Below are positions 36,731 through 49,922 of a stretch of 64,000 nt of DNA, one piece after another (within the stretch, counting starts at the first letter, position 1; every line of letters starts with the position of its first letter). A program made the translations under genes and the position numbers. Source of the DNA: Penicillus capitatus (Eukaryota; Plantae; Chlorophyta); NCBI GenBank assembly GCA_965649825.1, contig OZ287708.1:670780-734779 (forward strand), written 5' to 3'. The notes under the pieces were generated by a model. It was given only the letters and a program-made list of their open reading frames with translations, was not told the origin of the DNA and searched no databases.

Positions 36731-39700
36731 ATGGCGCCTTCTGGTTGGCTGAAAGGAACCGTCAAGAGTGTCACCAGTGGCGACACGTTAATTATTATGG
36801 GCGTTGCGCGTGGTGCTGCCCCGCCCGAAAAACAAATCACACTGTCTTCTCTCAAAGCCCCACGGCTCGTAAGAACGCCGCATGAGCGAGGCGAACGCAC
36901 GAACGAACATACCGTCATACGGCGGCGCTCCCCTAACAGAGAAGGCCCATACGTGTGGCGCAGGGACGACGGGATGGCGCCAGCAAAGACGAGCCTTTTG
37001 CATGGCAATCGAAAGAGTTTCTGCGAAAGAAAGCGATTGGACAGGTCAATCAATCACGATGACATGACCACAGCCATACCTCTGCCCTTGTAGAGTTGCG
37101 TTTTCCGAACGGACTACAATATCGAAGCGGCGAATCGAGACTTTGGCACTGTCTATCTCGGCTCTGAAAACTTGGCACTGAATGTGGTGGAGAACGGATG
37201 GGCCAAAGTGGGAGGAATTCTCTCCAGTACTTAAGCTCTCGGTGTGATGGCAGTGGCTGGCGTAGGTGAACCGTCAAGGACAGGAAAGGAGTGAGAATTT
37301 TGCCGAACTGGATCGAGCAGAGGCAATTGCCCAGACGAAGGGGTTGGGAATTTGGTGCAAAGATGAGGAGATTGTCAACCAAGCTGTCCGCGAAATGCCA
37401 GGCGAATGTATGTTCTCTCGTATCCTTGCTGACGCTCCCATTCCAAGCCACCTGTGCTGTACAGTGAGTGCAGCTGACTTTTTCCATGAAATGGGAAAAG
37501 GGGAGGTCGTATCCGGCATTGTGGATCAAGTACTGAACGGCAGTCTATTGCGCGTCATTCTGCTGCCGAAGTTTTACAGTGTCCTCATTTCTGTTGCCGG
37601 AGTTCAGGCACCGTCTCTGAACAAGAGGGGTCCAGATGGAGAACAGGGGCCAGAACCATACGCTCCACAGGCAAAACACTTTACGGAGTGCCGAGTGCTG
37701 AACAGAGATGTCCGTCTGGTACTGCAAGGACTGGACCGTTATGAAAATCTGTTTGCCCAAGTTCTGTGGCAGCTGGATGGACACGAGTGCGATCTTGGCA
37801 AAGAACTGCTGAGATCTTCTTTTGCCAAAACAGCTGAATGGAGCCTGACCATGATGGCCGGCAATGCACAGGAGATGCATGCGCTGGAGAGAGAGGCAAA
37901 GGAAGCAAAGAAGAACATCTGGACAAACTATGTTGCACAGGCGAGCAATTCAGACAAGTTAACAGAGAAGTTTAGCGGCACCATTGTGGAAGTAACCAGC
38001 GGCGATTGTCTTACCGTCCTCGATGCGAATGCCAATGTCGAACGCCGTATCCAGCTGTCCAGGTAAGAGATGGGATACCTGCCTGCTTGTATGCATGGAG
38101 TGATCTGTGCAGTGTTCGTGCTCCACGTACGGGAACAAGGAGTCGTGATCCGGCAAAAGGCCCTTGGGACCGTGAGCCTGAAAAGTGGGCAATGGAAGCC
38201 AAAGATTTTCTGAGGCGATTGCTTATTGGGAAGACAGTGGAGGTCCAAATGGAGTATAACCGTAAAATCCAATCGCAATCAAGTTGTGGCGGCTATTTGT
38301 GTGCATCATGGACTAGTGGTCGCTTGCTCTGTAGGCTCCGGTTCTAATTTGGTGTTAATGTTTGGCAATGTGACGTGCAAAAATCCCCAAGGCGACGAAA
38401 TCAATGTTGCTGAGACCGTTGTCGAAAACGGCTTCGCGAGTGTAGCAAGACACCGAACAGATGAGGAAAGAAGTTGCATTTACGATCGGTTACTGCATGC
38501 CGAAGAGAGAGCCAAAAATGAGAGACTCAATATCCACGGCAACAAAGAACCGCCGGTGTACAGAGTGAACGATCTCTCACTGCCGAACAGCTCCAAAAGG
38601 GCAAAGGAGCATGTGTCATTCCTGGAGAGAAATGGAAAGATGCGCGGCATTGTGGAGTTCGTCATGAGTGGCCATCGATTCAAAATCTTGATTCCTAAGG
38701 AACACATTCTCATTGCATTTGCCCTCGCCGGAGTGAAGGCGCCTATGCGATCCCAACCGGCGAGAGAAGGGCAGAAAGAGCTGAAAGTGTGCTATTGTCT
38801 TTGAGATGGAGCATCTCTGTAAGGAAGGATGTGTGTGGCAGGGCGAGCCTTGTGGCGAGGAAGCCATGCGCTTCACCCGACTGCATTTGCTGCAGAGGGA
38901 AGTCATGATTCAAGTGGAGACATGCGACAAGGGAGGGACATTTCTGGGGACACTGTTGATACCAGGACCTCGTCCCTTCGATCTGGGACTGGCCTTGCTG
39001 GAGAAGGGTCTGGCCAGTCTGCACTTCACCTTTGACGAATCTCGACCGGGAGCGAGAGCCCTTATCGCCGCAGAACAGCAAGCAAAGGATGCAAAGCTCG
39101 GCATTTGGGAGAATTTCAACCCAAAGGCAGAAGAGGCAGAGGAAGAAAACGGAACCAGTTCGAAAGGGAGAAGGGATACTGGACCGCTAAAGGTCGCCGT
39201 GACACACATTGTTGATGGATCGCGCTTCTTCATTCAGAAAATTCATGATCCTAATAGAACAGCTGTTTCTGATCAACTCGCTGCCTTATCTTTGTCAGAA
39301 CCATCTTCAGCCGTACGCTGTCTTAATCTATGTCCGCCTATGACATGTGTGATATAGATTGTTCCTTCCAAAGGCAGTCATTGTTTGGCAAAATTCACGG
39401 TAGATGATCAATGGTACAGAGGACACGTCACATCATCGAAACCGAGTGGCTGTGAGATATATTTCATCGATTTTGGCAATTCTGAAACGTTGCCCACTTC
39501 TCGCCTCATGCCTATTGATCCAAGTCTTGCCTCGATTCCGCCTCAAGCTCAGGAATGCCAGTTGGCCTATATCAAAGTTCCGGGAGTCGATCAGGACTAT
39601 GGGTACGATGCCGCTTCTCTGCTCGATTCTTTGGTCGGCGAAGGCCGCGAATGCGAGGCCGTCGTCACTGGCCGTGTTCAAGGACAAGTTTGGGGCAGCA

Positions 39701-39969
39701 ACAAAGATCCCAAGGCAGCAAATCCGACGCTTTCTGTCATTCTGACTCCCGTGGGCGAAACAAAGAGCGTTAATGCTGCTCTGTTAGAAGCAGGTTTTGC
39801 CAAACTGCCAAATCTGGACAACGTTCGCAACCGAGGACTGAGAGAAGGCATCGAGAGTTTGCAACAGCACCAAGATGTTGCGAGGAAAAATCACAGAGGA
39901 CTGTTTGAATATGGCGATCCAGGTGACTCAGATGAAGAAGACTTGCCTCCCATCACCATCAAGAAGTAG
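36731..39969 (+). CDS. TSN: Tudor staphylococcal nuclease
   Basis: GWLKGTVKSVTSGDTL, DEPFAWQSKEFLRKKAIG, repeated SNase folds, Tudor AKFTVDDQWYRG...YFIDFGN, C-terminal GLFEYGD. Confidence 0.95.
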
Positions 39970-40062
39970 TCCTGCGCCATCCATCCCCCAGTCTCTCGAA
40001 ATTGTTATCGTATACTGTTATCGGGTTTTAGTAGCAAATGCCAATGCACGAGCCTCTGAGTT

Positions 40063-41523
40063 CTACTTTGAGGTTTTTTGAAACACTCTGAGTTTTGCGC
40101 TTCTGCTTCGTGCATTGTCTTCTGTTTCTTTTTTCTTAGGCATTATTGGCTTCTTTGTCAGTATCTGTCCCAGAGTAGTGGGCTCTGGAAGACCATGATG
40201 ATGATCTGTCTTCTTCCAAAGATTGCTGTTGTTGTTGACGTGAGATATCTCTATCGAATCGTTTCTAATTCGACCGGCTGCACGAAGGAACGCACGTTTG
40301 ACAATGCGATCCTCCAAACTGTGAAAGCTGATCACACAGAGACGACCGTTTTCACGCAAACTGCTGAACAAGACAGGCAACGCTGACTGCAAACTGCGCA
40401 ATTCATCATTCACGGCAATCCGCAATGCCTCAAAGAATGATGCCCCTGTGGCCCAACAGCAGACAGTCCAACAGTCACGCACCTGAAAGATCTTGGTGGC
40501 TGGATGAATGGGCTTCTTTGGAGAACGACGCCCTCTCGTGAATCTATGCCCACCGATGATCTGAACAAGCTGCTGAGTTGTGTAGATGGGTTCCTTTTCC
40601 CGTGCTTCACAGATTCTGGACAGATTCCAAGCACACCATTCACAGAGTGTTCACATCGATGCTGTTGTCAAACCCACCTCTGAGCAACGGACTTCCATCT
40701 ATTCTCCTCTCCATACTCTCGGAAAAGATCGCCGAGTTCAAAGGCAGACCAGGTATTGATGATCTAGAGTGTCGCATGATCGGTCGGCAACGGCGAAGAG
40801 TGAATACTTCTGCGGCCGTCGTTGATGTCTGTGTGCCCATTCGCATGTCCAATGGACCGTCCTTCATGAAACTGAATCCCCTCTCTGCATCGTCCAACTG
40901 TGATGTATGGAAGCTTCGGTGCATGGTCAAAGGATGCAGTGCGGTAAATGTACTTGGAGAGAGGACATTCCCAGGTCCATCAGAATTCCGTCAATGCCAG
41001 CATTGAGATGGTGGCCCATATCATGATGGGTCATCAGTTTCGCCATATCTCTTCCCTCAGTGAAAATCGGTTTGTGTTCAGGGTCGCTCGGACATTTTCT
41101 TGCCTGAAATTTCCCTCTAGCAGTTGTACGGAGAGCGACGATCGTTCTCTGGCTGCGGATTTCAGAGTGCGTTCAGCTGACTGAATAGCAGAGCCATCAA
41201 CATCCACTCCAATCACATGCTGAAGCTCCTGTAGGTGACAGACAGATAAAGATAGAACGTGAGTAAACAGATCCAACGGCGTGCGATTGAATGAGAGCAG
41301 AAGTGTGTCCTGCCGCTCCCAAGGTGCAGTCCAACAGGACTCTGAGATCACGGCCCTCAAAGAAACCCATCACTTCCTCGAGCAATACAGGTGTATGCTC
41401 AAGTGGACGTTTCTGCGAACAGCACGTTCTTAGAAGGTGGTAACGCGCAGAGGTCCTTCGCGTTTTCTTCGCTGGTAACCATGACCCCAAACGATATCCA
41501 GTTACCCGATGGGCCAAAACCAT
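40063..41523 (-). CDS. rsmH: organellar 16S rRNA m4C methyltransferase RsmH/MraW (METTL15 family)
   Basis: [68 protein letters not shown]. Alternative ATG at 41535. Confidence 0.92.
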
Positions 41524-41551
41524 GGCGCATACCATGTACGACAGGTGACGG

Positions 41552-43471
41552 TTACATCGAGATCTGTTCCGCAACCCATTGAACGAATTTCATCAACTGA
41601 AGCGACGTCAGAGCATCTTCTGGAGGATAGACCTTTCCTGCAACGCGAATTCTTTCGCCATGAAGACGGTGGAATCTTTGTGACAGTCTTTCGAGATGCC
41701 GAGTCACGATGATGATGCCCAAGCATATCTCTTTTGCTGCGGATATGGGATGTCGTGGATGCGCCCTCCGCGTCTCAATACACTGCAAAGATGTAGTGGC
41801 CATTGTACTGAGACAGACAATGCTTTATCTACCGTTCGCAAATGGAAGAGATCCTGCAGCAGGCGTTCTCGATGTAGCACAGCAGCTGCGATGTATTCCC
41901 AGTCGCTGATCAGATGGTCGAGATTGGCATCATGCTCCGTATGCGTGAGAAGGGTCTTGGCTTTCTCATCCATGGTCGTCTGCATGATATACCAAAGACG
42001 TTCGAGTCTTGCCTAATCGTCCATGTCCACCAGAGATGAACATCTGGTGCATCGAAGCCGGGTTTACCGCTGTATATTCGATCCGGGACGAACTTTCGTC
42101 ATCGGAACCCTCTCGAATGCAGAGATCCGGCAGAACAGGAATCATGCGTCCGATGCGCTCTGAGATCGAGACAGTTTGTCAAGTGTGTCCCCAACTCGTC
42201 AGACAGTACCAGCAAGTGTGGACTCCAGGAGATCCTGCAGTTGTTCTCTCAACTGTGACGCGTCAAACTCAAGCACGTCTGCTGGATTCGCACTCTCCTC
42301 TGATTTCTCCTCTGTTTTGCAGGTTAACAATGATGGGTGCTCAGAGATTTCGTCGCGATGTACAGAAGTGAAAGACTGGTCTGTTGAATGTAACCTGTCC
42401 GCTGAGGATGGAACATCTGGTATGCCAGCAACTTCTTGCTCGAGCAACGAGGTCAGTTGTGCATTCGCATGTCGTAAGCCATCTCGGGCAGATGAAATGA
42501 GATCCTGTGTCCTGCAGTACTCTGGGCCTTCATCCACATCATTGACTGAAATTGTAAGATTCGGTACATCTTCGCTCATCCTGGCATTAAGACTACGAAG
42601 AACGTTCAGAAAAGCATGTCATGCAGGAATCCCACGTTTTTTCTTTTGCTGTCGCTTCTGGTGCATTCGTTTCCTGGAGGAAAAAATGAAAATGATGTGA
42701 CACCGACAGTATCCGAGTTGACCTCTCTGAACACCTGTGCTCTTCTCTGTTCTATCATTCCGTGCTGGTGGATATCCCGACGGCAATCTTGCTTCTTGAT
42801 ACCGTGCCGAGGTCTAGGAATGACATCCTGTAGGCTCAATCTGCCGTCATGTCACTCTGTGACGTCATTGACAGGCAGGACCTGCGACGATCTCAGTGGA
42901 TTCTCTCGTGCTTTTGTGCGCAGACGCATGTTTTTTTCTTTCTGAAGCTGTTCATGTGCTTGCTTTTGAGCGATCGTTGGATCTCTGTTCTCCAAGACAT
43001 CACAGAACATCTGTTCGATGCGACCAGTGATGCCACTCAGATCAACGGCACGCTTTTCCTACACCATCGTCTGTGCAATTAATTCTCTCGTTGGCAGCAT
43101 CTCGTGCCTCAGAATGCTGACAGAGTTGCTTCTGCATGACTGGATTTCGCACATGTCTTTCCAGTTCCAGCAGATACACATTGTGACAGCGAATCCTGTT
43201 TTGCTCCGATGCAAAGACCCCTACCTCCATTCTATTCGACGGATCACATCATAGCGGCATATTGACCTGCAGCATCCATCCGTTTCTTCTCCCGCATGCA
43301 ACGCACTCTCAACGATTCCCTCAACATCTCCATGCCGCTGAATGTCTTACGAGGCGCTATCTTTGGCAGACATCACTTATGCTTTGCCCGACAGGAAGAG
43401 CGTTTACTAGCTTCGCTGCAGTTTCGCATGATGTCCAACGGCTGATATCCGTACCGCATGCCGATACTCAT
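41552..43471 (-). CDS. coiled-coil protein, CCDC87/MAP65-like C-terminal domain, multi-exon
   Basis: About nine GT-AG (possibly one GC-AG) introns link ATG ~43471/43429 through MSEDVP... to ARLERLWYIMQ...WEYIAAAVLHRERLLQDL, which resembles the CCDC87 C-terminus. TAA at 41552. Confidence 0.5.
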
Positions 43472-44051
43472 TGCGCATCATGCAGCACCTCCATCCATCT
43501 TCCGACCTCACCGCTTCCCGCATTCCAAAGCCTCCAATGAGTCGTCGCGAGCTACTCATGTCGCGTTTCCTGACTCCGATCGATATCCAGGACGAACGTA
43601 CGCACTCGACCGACACGACCACAATGCCAACGACGATGCGATTTCTTTCTCTCTAGAACTTCACTACCGTAAGAGAACATTCATTCCGGACTCTTCCAGA
43701 GCCTCTCCTGTGAGCCCCGAACCGAATGATGCTCAATGGCACCAGAAGAGCTGCGAATTACAAATGACTGAGCTTCGGAATGAACTCTCCAACTATCGTG
43801 GGATGATACTGGGATGGAAACAGCGCTGTGACGTGGCCGAGAATGCGTTGCAAAAACGCAGAGAGGAACAATCAACGCTGGTATACGATGTTCACACGCT
43901 GGAACGTCGATTGGATAGCATCCAGGAGTTGTTGCATAAACAGAGTGCCCAGCTCCGTGTGCGTGAAGACCGGTTCGAGTGGATGTCTTCGTTGGCACTC
44001 GTTATCTCTTTTCTTTCGATTGGACTTATCCTCGCCAGAGGCAATAATTGA
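43458..44051 (+). CDS. tail-anchored coiled-coil protein with transit-peptide-like N-terminus
   Basis: 197-aa ORF: P/S/R/H-rich start, coiled coil, and a C-terminal hydrophobic helix WMSSLALVISFLSIGLILA. Confidence 0.55.
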   Translation: MPILIAHHAAPPSIFRPHRFPHSKASNESSRATHVAFPDSDRYPGRTYALDRHDHNANDDAISFSLELHYRKRTFIPDSSRASPVSPEPNDAQWHQKSCELQMTELRNELSNYRGMILGWKQRCDVAENALQKRREEQSTLVYDVHTLERRLDSIQELLHKQSAQLRVREDRFEWMSSLALVISFLSIGLILARGNN

Positions 44052-44490
44052 TCCAGCAACATCGAAAAATCATATCTCAGGCAGGGCATCGTGAAGGATC
44101 GTCGCTATTCTATCTGCCTGTGCTAATGCACCTAGCACATTGTTGGCTCAGTGGGCGGCTGTTCATAGCAAGTACTAGGTCTTATCCTCAGTATCATGCT
44201 CTTGTGCGTTTTCATGGCCTCTTCCTCGTCCAGGGAAGTTCCCATTTCGTTTTATTTTTTGACCGATTTTCCGACATTTTATCTCATCTCCAGCGAACGC
44301 ATGGATCTGGGAAATGCTGGAACAATCAGCATCAACGTGCGTGGGCACTGTATTGCTGTCGTATTGTATCTTTGAGGTAGACAGACGTATTGATTAGTGG
44401 ATCACGCGGAGTGTAGTCAGTGATTGATTGATTGATTCAACAATGTGAATGGCTCACAATGAATGAGAGCATCGTGGTGTGTCGCTGTCG

Positions 44491-47148
44491 ATGTTGCCGA
44501 CGCATGATGCCTCGAATGACGCGGTGTCTTACACGTTGCTGCGTCAAGTTGCGGGACGACGCGTCGTTGAACGCACCTCCAGAGCCGAAGAAGGAGTTGC
44601 GCGTATCCAACAGTACATGAACGATATCTTTCATGAGGAAGACGACAGAGGCATCACCTGTCACATCATATGCGTCATCACATGTGACAAACAGGTACAG
44701 ATGATGAAAAGCTGGCTTTCGGAATCTTCTGCCAGAGCTTCATTGTGACGCTTTCGATGGAACTGCGGCACATGTTGTGGAAGGAGATCATGATGATCTG
44801 TACAGCATCCGGCAGACGGTGTGTAGGGGCCCCTCGGGGCCTCACCCATATCAATACTGTCAACGAATTTACACATTCAGCACAGCGTGTTTGCAGATCA
44901 TGATAGCCCTGCGCAAGTACGGAACGCATGTGAGGAGATTGATGTCATCCTGAAACTCTGTTACGATCGCTGGGCGTTCTGGAGGAGTCTATTGCACACC
45001 TTGGACAAAGTGCTAGGTGTCAATCCCAGCCTCAACTCAGATAGAGTGGACGCTGAGTATTGTAGAGTCTCTTCCGTTGATGGTCGTGGAAGAGCATTGC
45101 GATCCACAAGTGATCCGAGACGTTCATCGTGCGAGTCGTCTACTCGTCAGCGCACAGAAGGAATTGATGGCGCAGCTCTCTGTTCGACTGTGTCGATGGA
45201 TCACAGATGCATGTTCCACGCTAGACATCAGCGAATCTGACAGAGAAGCTTGTCTTTCTCGCCTTGAGCAGTTTCTGACACTTCAGTCTACAATGAAGGT
45301 GTGTCGATGCTGTGCTGTCAGATGATGATCATTGGCCGAGGGTTTTGCTCCAGCTCATGTGGGAAGGTTCAATTCCGTCGACGTCTTTGCAAATTCGACT
45401 GAGATTGCCTCCGAAGCTCAAGACAGCGATTTGGACAGTGAGGAGTGCAGAGAGGCTCGGTTGGATATGGAATCGGAATTCTGATCGGGGACGTGGGGTC
45501 AGAAAGCTGGACGTTGAACAGACGCCGAGTCACAATGCCCTTCATATATTTATGCATGACTACTGTAATGCACGCGGAGAATGCATTCTCCACGCCTGCA
45601 GCGAAACGAGCAGCGAGTACCGCTCATTGAGAGACACGTGCCTCAAAGATCTATCTGCAACCGTCAAAAGTCTTCATGGACATCTGGGAGAGAGGGAATG
45701 GACAGAGGATACTGCCCGATGGTCTTCTTGCAGCTTCGACGTGACTTCCGATCATGATCCATCGACGATTCCTAGAAAAGACATAGCCGTGTTTGCCCTT
45801 AACTGGATGGTTTACACGATTCAGAACGCATTGTTTCAGTCGAATGCACCGTTTGAAATCTTCTTGATGTCAGAAACCAAGGATAAACAGGCCACTTACC
45901 TGGAGATATGCCGAGACGACGGCGAGATGTGTCAAGATCCCCGGCTGCCCAAAGAGCTTCAGATCAAAATTTTGATGACCAAACCGAGCGCCCAGTTGTC
46001 ACGAAGCACGACAGCGACAAAGCAAGAGGCAGTTGCTAAGAACAGACGAAATGATGCACACAGGATTGCCGAGGAGAGAATTCTGTACCGGAAGAAAACG
46101 CGTGTCAGAGTTGGAGATATCGATCGCCTTTCGAGCAATCCGCTGTCTCGAGTCTCTCAGCGAAGCGACAGCAAGAACGCTTTCAGCAGGGCCGTCGATT
46201 CGAACTGGACCCTCTGGCTGAAGACAGACTACTGTCGCAGTGACTCTTTCTTGAATACGATGAAAGCAGCCGTTCGACTTCGAGACTCGGCAGAAGAGAG
46301 CAGTGATTGTTCCAATACTCTAAGACAGAGCAGTGCGAGCAGTCATTGGAATGGCAATCCCATCGTCGCTATCGTGGCAGTGGAGCTCTGCCTCATCGAT
46401 GTCTTGTCGGTATTCCAAACAGAAAGGAACGGCCGTTGCGTCTTTCCGAAAGTATCTCAGTTCATTCGGCGAATTCGTTGTCTTCTGAAGGACGTCGTTC
46501 GTCAAGAATCGTCAACCGCATCTTGTTTTGCGTGGGAAACATTGCAAGTGCGCTCGATGTCCTACACATTGGAAGTCATGCAGGTAACCAGATCTCCAAA
46601 GCTCCGTTGGACGTCTCCTGTGGCAGACAATGTGCAACTGGCTTATGTCGAATCCATTACCAGCGATACAGAAATGCGATGTACAATGCCATGCATTACT
46701 GGAAGAACACGCCAATGTCACTGTCGAACTGCGACATCTCCTGACAGACTGTCTGCCGAGGAAAAAACATCTCTGGTGTAATCGTGGAGGACTGACATCG
46801 ATCTGTGATAGGACAGAGAATGAAGACAGGGAAGGATCTTGGCAGGGAACTTCATGGACGCAGAACCAAGGCGAAGATCCCACATTTAAGCAGAACTCCT
46901 CGTCAATTCAGGCGACCTTTCTTTCAGAGGACGCGACATTTGACGAAGACAGTTCTCCACATACCGAGCCATGTCAAGAGGAAGAGATGTGCAAGAACTC
47001 AATGGACAGTCGCTCCCGGCTCTTAGACGGGTGCTTTCTCCTTAAAGACTCGAGACTCGCTGAAAAATGGCTAGACACGCTAACAGAGATACACAATTGG
47101 TTAACGATGGCAGGAGATGGCCTCCATGTGTATCAGTGCCATTTGTAA
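44491..47148 (+). CDS. large helical hypothetical protein, multi-exon
   Basis: Consecutive ORFs (44479, 44887, 45017, 45312, 46630) can be linked by GT-AG introns. No family recognised. Confidence 0.5.
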
Positions 47149-47396
47149 TCTCGAAAAGAACCTCGGCACGACAACTCAGTAACCGTTGCAAGAGTGTCTC
47201 CAGAGAACCACGAGATTCCGTGTGGCTCAGGGTTCCTGGCAGTCGCTCTTTTCTGCAAGCATACAACGAGCTTGTGCATCAATGAAGACATATGCCGCAG
47301 CATCTCAGTTACACGAGCGCAACACATAACCCTGCCAAAATCTCCTTGAACCTGTCGTTTCTTACACCGTTGTCTACGAAATGTCATTCGCACGGA

Positions 47397-47939
47397 TCAA
47401 ACTGTTGTTCCATTGGGTTCCGCTTCTTTCTGCGCATCGTCCGGTTTCGGCTGCGATGCCGATGCTCCGGCAGCCGTTTCCTCTTCGTCGTCCTCTTCGT
47501 CATCTTCATCCTCCTCATCTTCACTATTGAACTGGTCCATTCCCCCCAGTCCCATATTGCTCATATCGAACTCGGGTGCATCCTCTCCTTCGTCCTCATC
47601 GACCCATTTACTCCAGTCGACAGAGACGAATCGCGGCTGCTTGTCTTTTGTCAGTCGTGGCCAGAAGTCTTCTGTCTTCTTCGGGATCACGACCAACACA
47701 TGGCGTCCCGTCACACTGACCTTCGTTTCTTGCGTATCGATATCGCCGTAGAGGACGAGATGCACATCGACGGACGTGCCGTCCGCCAAAGCGCCCGTGA
47801 ACTTGAGCGCCTTCTTTTCTTTGTCCTCGTCGCTGGCGTCGAATTTTAGTTTGGGATTCGCACAGTCTTGAACATCAATCGTGAGGAAGAGCTTGTCTCT
47901 GCGCTGTGCCCAAAGCACGGGAGGATGAGAAACCGACAT
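47397..47939 (-). CDS. P23: HSP90 co-chaperone p23 (CS domain)
   Basis: HPPVLWAQRRDKLFLTIDVQD, FWPRLTKDK...FVSVDWSKWVDEDE, acidic tail. Single exon. Confidence 0.92.
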   Translation of the reverse strand: MSVSHPPVLWAQRRDKLFLTIDVQDCANPKLKFDASDEDKEKKALKFTGALADGTSVDVHLVLYGDIDTQETKVSVTGRHVLVVIPKKTEDFWPRLTKDKQPRFVSVDWSKWVDEDEGEDAPEFDMSNMGLGGMDQFNSEDEEDEDDEEDDEEETAAGASASQPKPDDAQKEAEPNGTTV

Positions 47940-47998
47940 CGCACAATAAAATTCCTCGGCTCGCGCTTAGCGGACAATCAATTCATCACTCCTCATTA

Positions 47999-49902
47999 TC
48001 ACGCGTTATCGACATCTCTCTTATCGATCAGCGATTCCAAAGCGATATCGATCTCCTCATCGTCTTCATCGGAATCCACTTCCATTTCCACATCTTCCGA
48101 TCGATGCCTGTCGTTAGGATGGTGGTAAAGGGGAATCTGCGACTGCAGTTCTTTGTCTTCCTCGATGTCCTGTCGTGCAAGATGGGGTCAGAGATAAGGA
48201 ATTGGACGGAAGGACTTGGTAGAAGAGTTCCCGGTCCTTATCGTCGCGGATGTTCTCTTTGCTTCGTCCAGCTTCATCAATTTCCATATCCAGTTCCGCC
48301 ACTTTCCAGCTGCGGACAAAGCCTTTGCTTTGACGTTTCTTCCGGGCATGCTCGTATGATTTTTTGACGAGGATGACATCGGGGACTGTGTATCCACGAT
48401 TGGTATATGTTTCCAGATCAGGATCGACGAGATTGGCATTGATCAAGTCGTACCCCAATGCTGTGTCACCTGCCCATTACCACACGTCTTTAGATCTCTG
48501 TCTGGAGGATGCGATCGAAGTCTGCCTGGTTTGAGGATGTGACCAAGAGTGGTTCGAATGAAGTATGTTTGATCAGATGTTCCGAAATCGGATTCTCTGG
48601 CCACCGTTGCGTCAGCCAGACAGAAACGACCAGGAGTGTCCGTTATCGGCTCGATGTCCAAGACAATAAACGACACAAGCTGCCGGCTCGACCGCACATT
48701 TTTGAATCCATACCTCCAGTAAGTTGGTGCCTGCAACGGTCGGATTATTCTCACTGTGTAAGCCGAAGGGAAGCATACGTCCATATAGAAGCTCTTCATG
48801 GTAACAGGATCCACAAACTGCAGAGAGTTTGTGACGCGACTGCACAAGACGAGCGGTCCAATGGCACCGTAATGGTGACTGGCTTTGGGCGGAAGGCAAA
48901 CTAAGTCATCCTTGAGCACACAGCAATGGGCAGAAGCAGAAAACTGACAAGTCTCTACCTTGCATATGGGAACGATTTCCACCGAGAAGGAGTACTTGTA
49001 GTTGAAGGTGTTGGATTTTGTGTCGTGCGAGACAAGAGACCGATCGTGACGCGATTTCACAGGAACGGTAGACTGAAGAAAATCCACAAACTTCTGTGCA
49101 CCTGCTCTCGTTGCAAAATAGAAATCGATTCCCTGTCAGGCAACGCATGTGTGGCATCGCCATCTCCCATCCCCACAATCCCCTCACTTCATGCATCGAC
49201 TTGACATTTGTCGTGTTCTCATGCGCTTTGTGCTTCAGGATTAACTGCTCTAAGTAAAAGAACGTACGTTTGTGTGGCACATGTTGTCGCACCTGGTCGA
49301 CATGGAGGTGCTTTGGGTGTGTATGTATGTCCACCATATGCTTACCTGGACGCAGGCTGTCCAGATATCGCTATTCGATCGTCGTCGATTGCAATCTGAA
49401 CACATGTTGTTCTGCACGACGTAGAGCACGACGCATGATCCCTGAACGATGGCCCCACTGAATTCTTTCTGCACCGTCACCTTGACTTTGATACGCTTGG
49501 AATGCGGTTCCGTCCACAGGAACTCCGCATCCACAAGTTTGACCTGGCGTCGTCTCACTCTTTCTTCCACGAATGCATTGTGTGGCATACTTTGGAGAGG
49601 CCTTTGATTTTCTTGAGGCAGAAAGTAAGAAGTTCGCGCGATTCTAACGACGCTTTGAGCCATTGTTTAGGTGGATGGAAGTAACTGTCGCAGCTCTGGC
49701 AGCGCAGAATCGTGATTTCTTTCTGGATGTCTTCGGTAACATCGATCTGCGTCGAAATGCAGCTCACACACATATTCGACGGATTTGGCGACATCAGTAC
49801 GCCACACAGACAACACCGTCTACACAGATAGGAAACCACGTCGTGCTTTCATCCCCTGCCGACCGTGGCTTACACTTTTCCGGGCGTACCCATGAAATCC
49901 AT
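47999..49902 (-). CDS. NMD3: 60S export adaptor NMD3
   Basis: CCLCGVLMSPNPSNMCVSC, ESRELLTFCLKK, AEFLWTEPHSKRIKVKVTVQKE, YKYSFSVEIVPICK, RTTLGHILKPG, GYDLINAN...PDVILVKKSY. Confidence 0.95.
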
Positions 49903-49922
49903 TTCGCAAAATGGACCACGAG

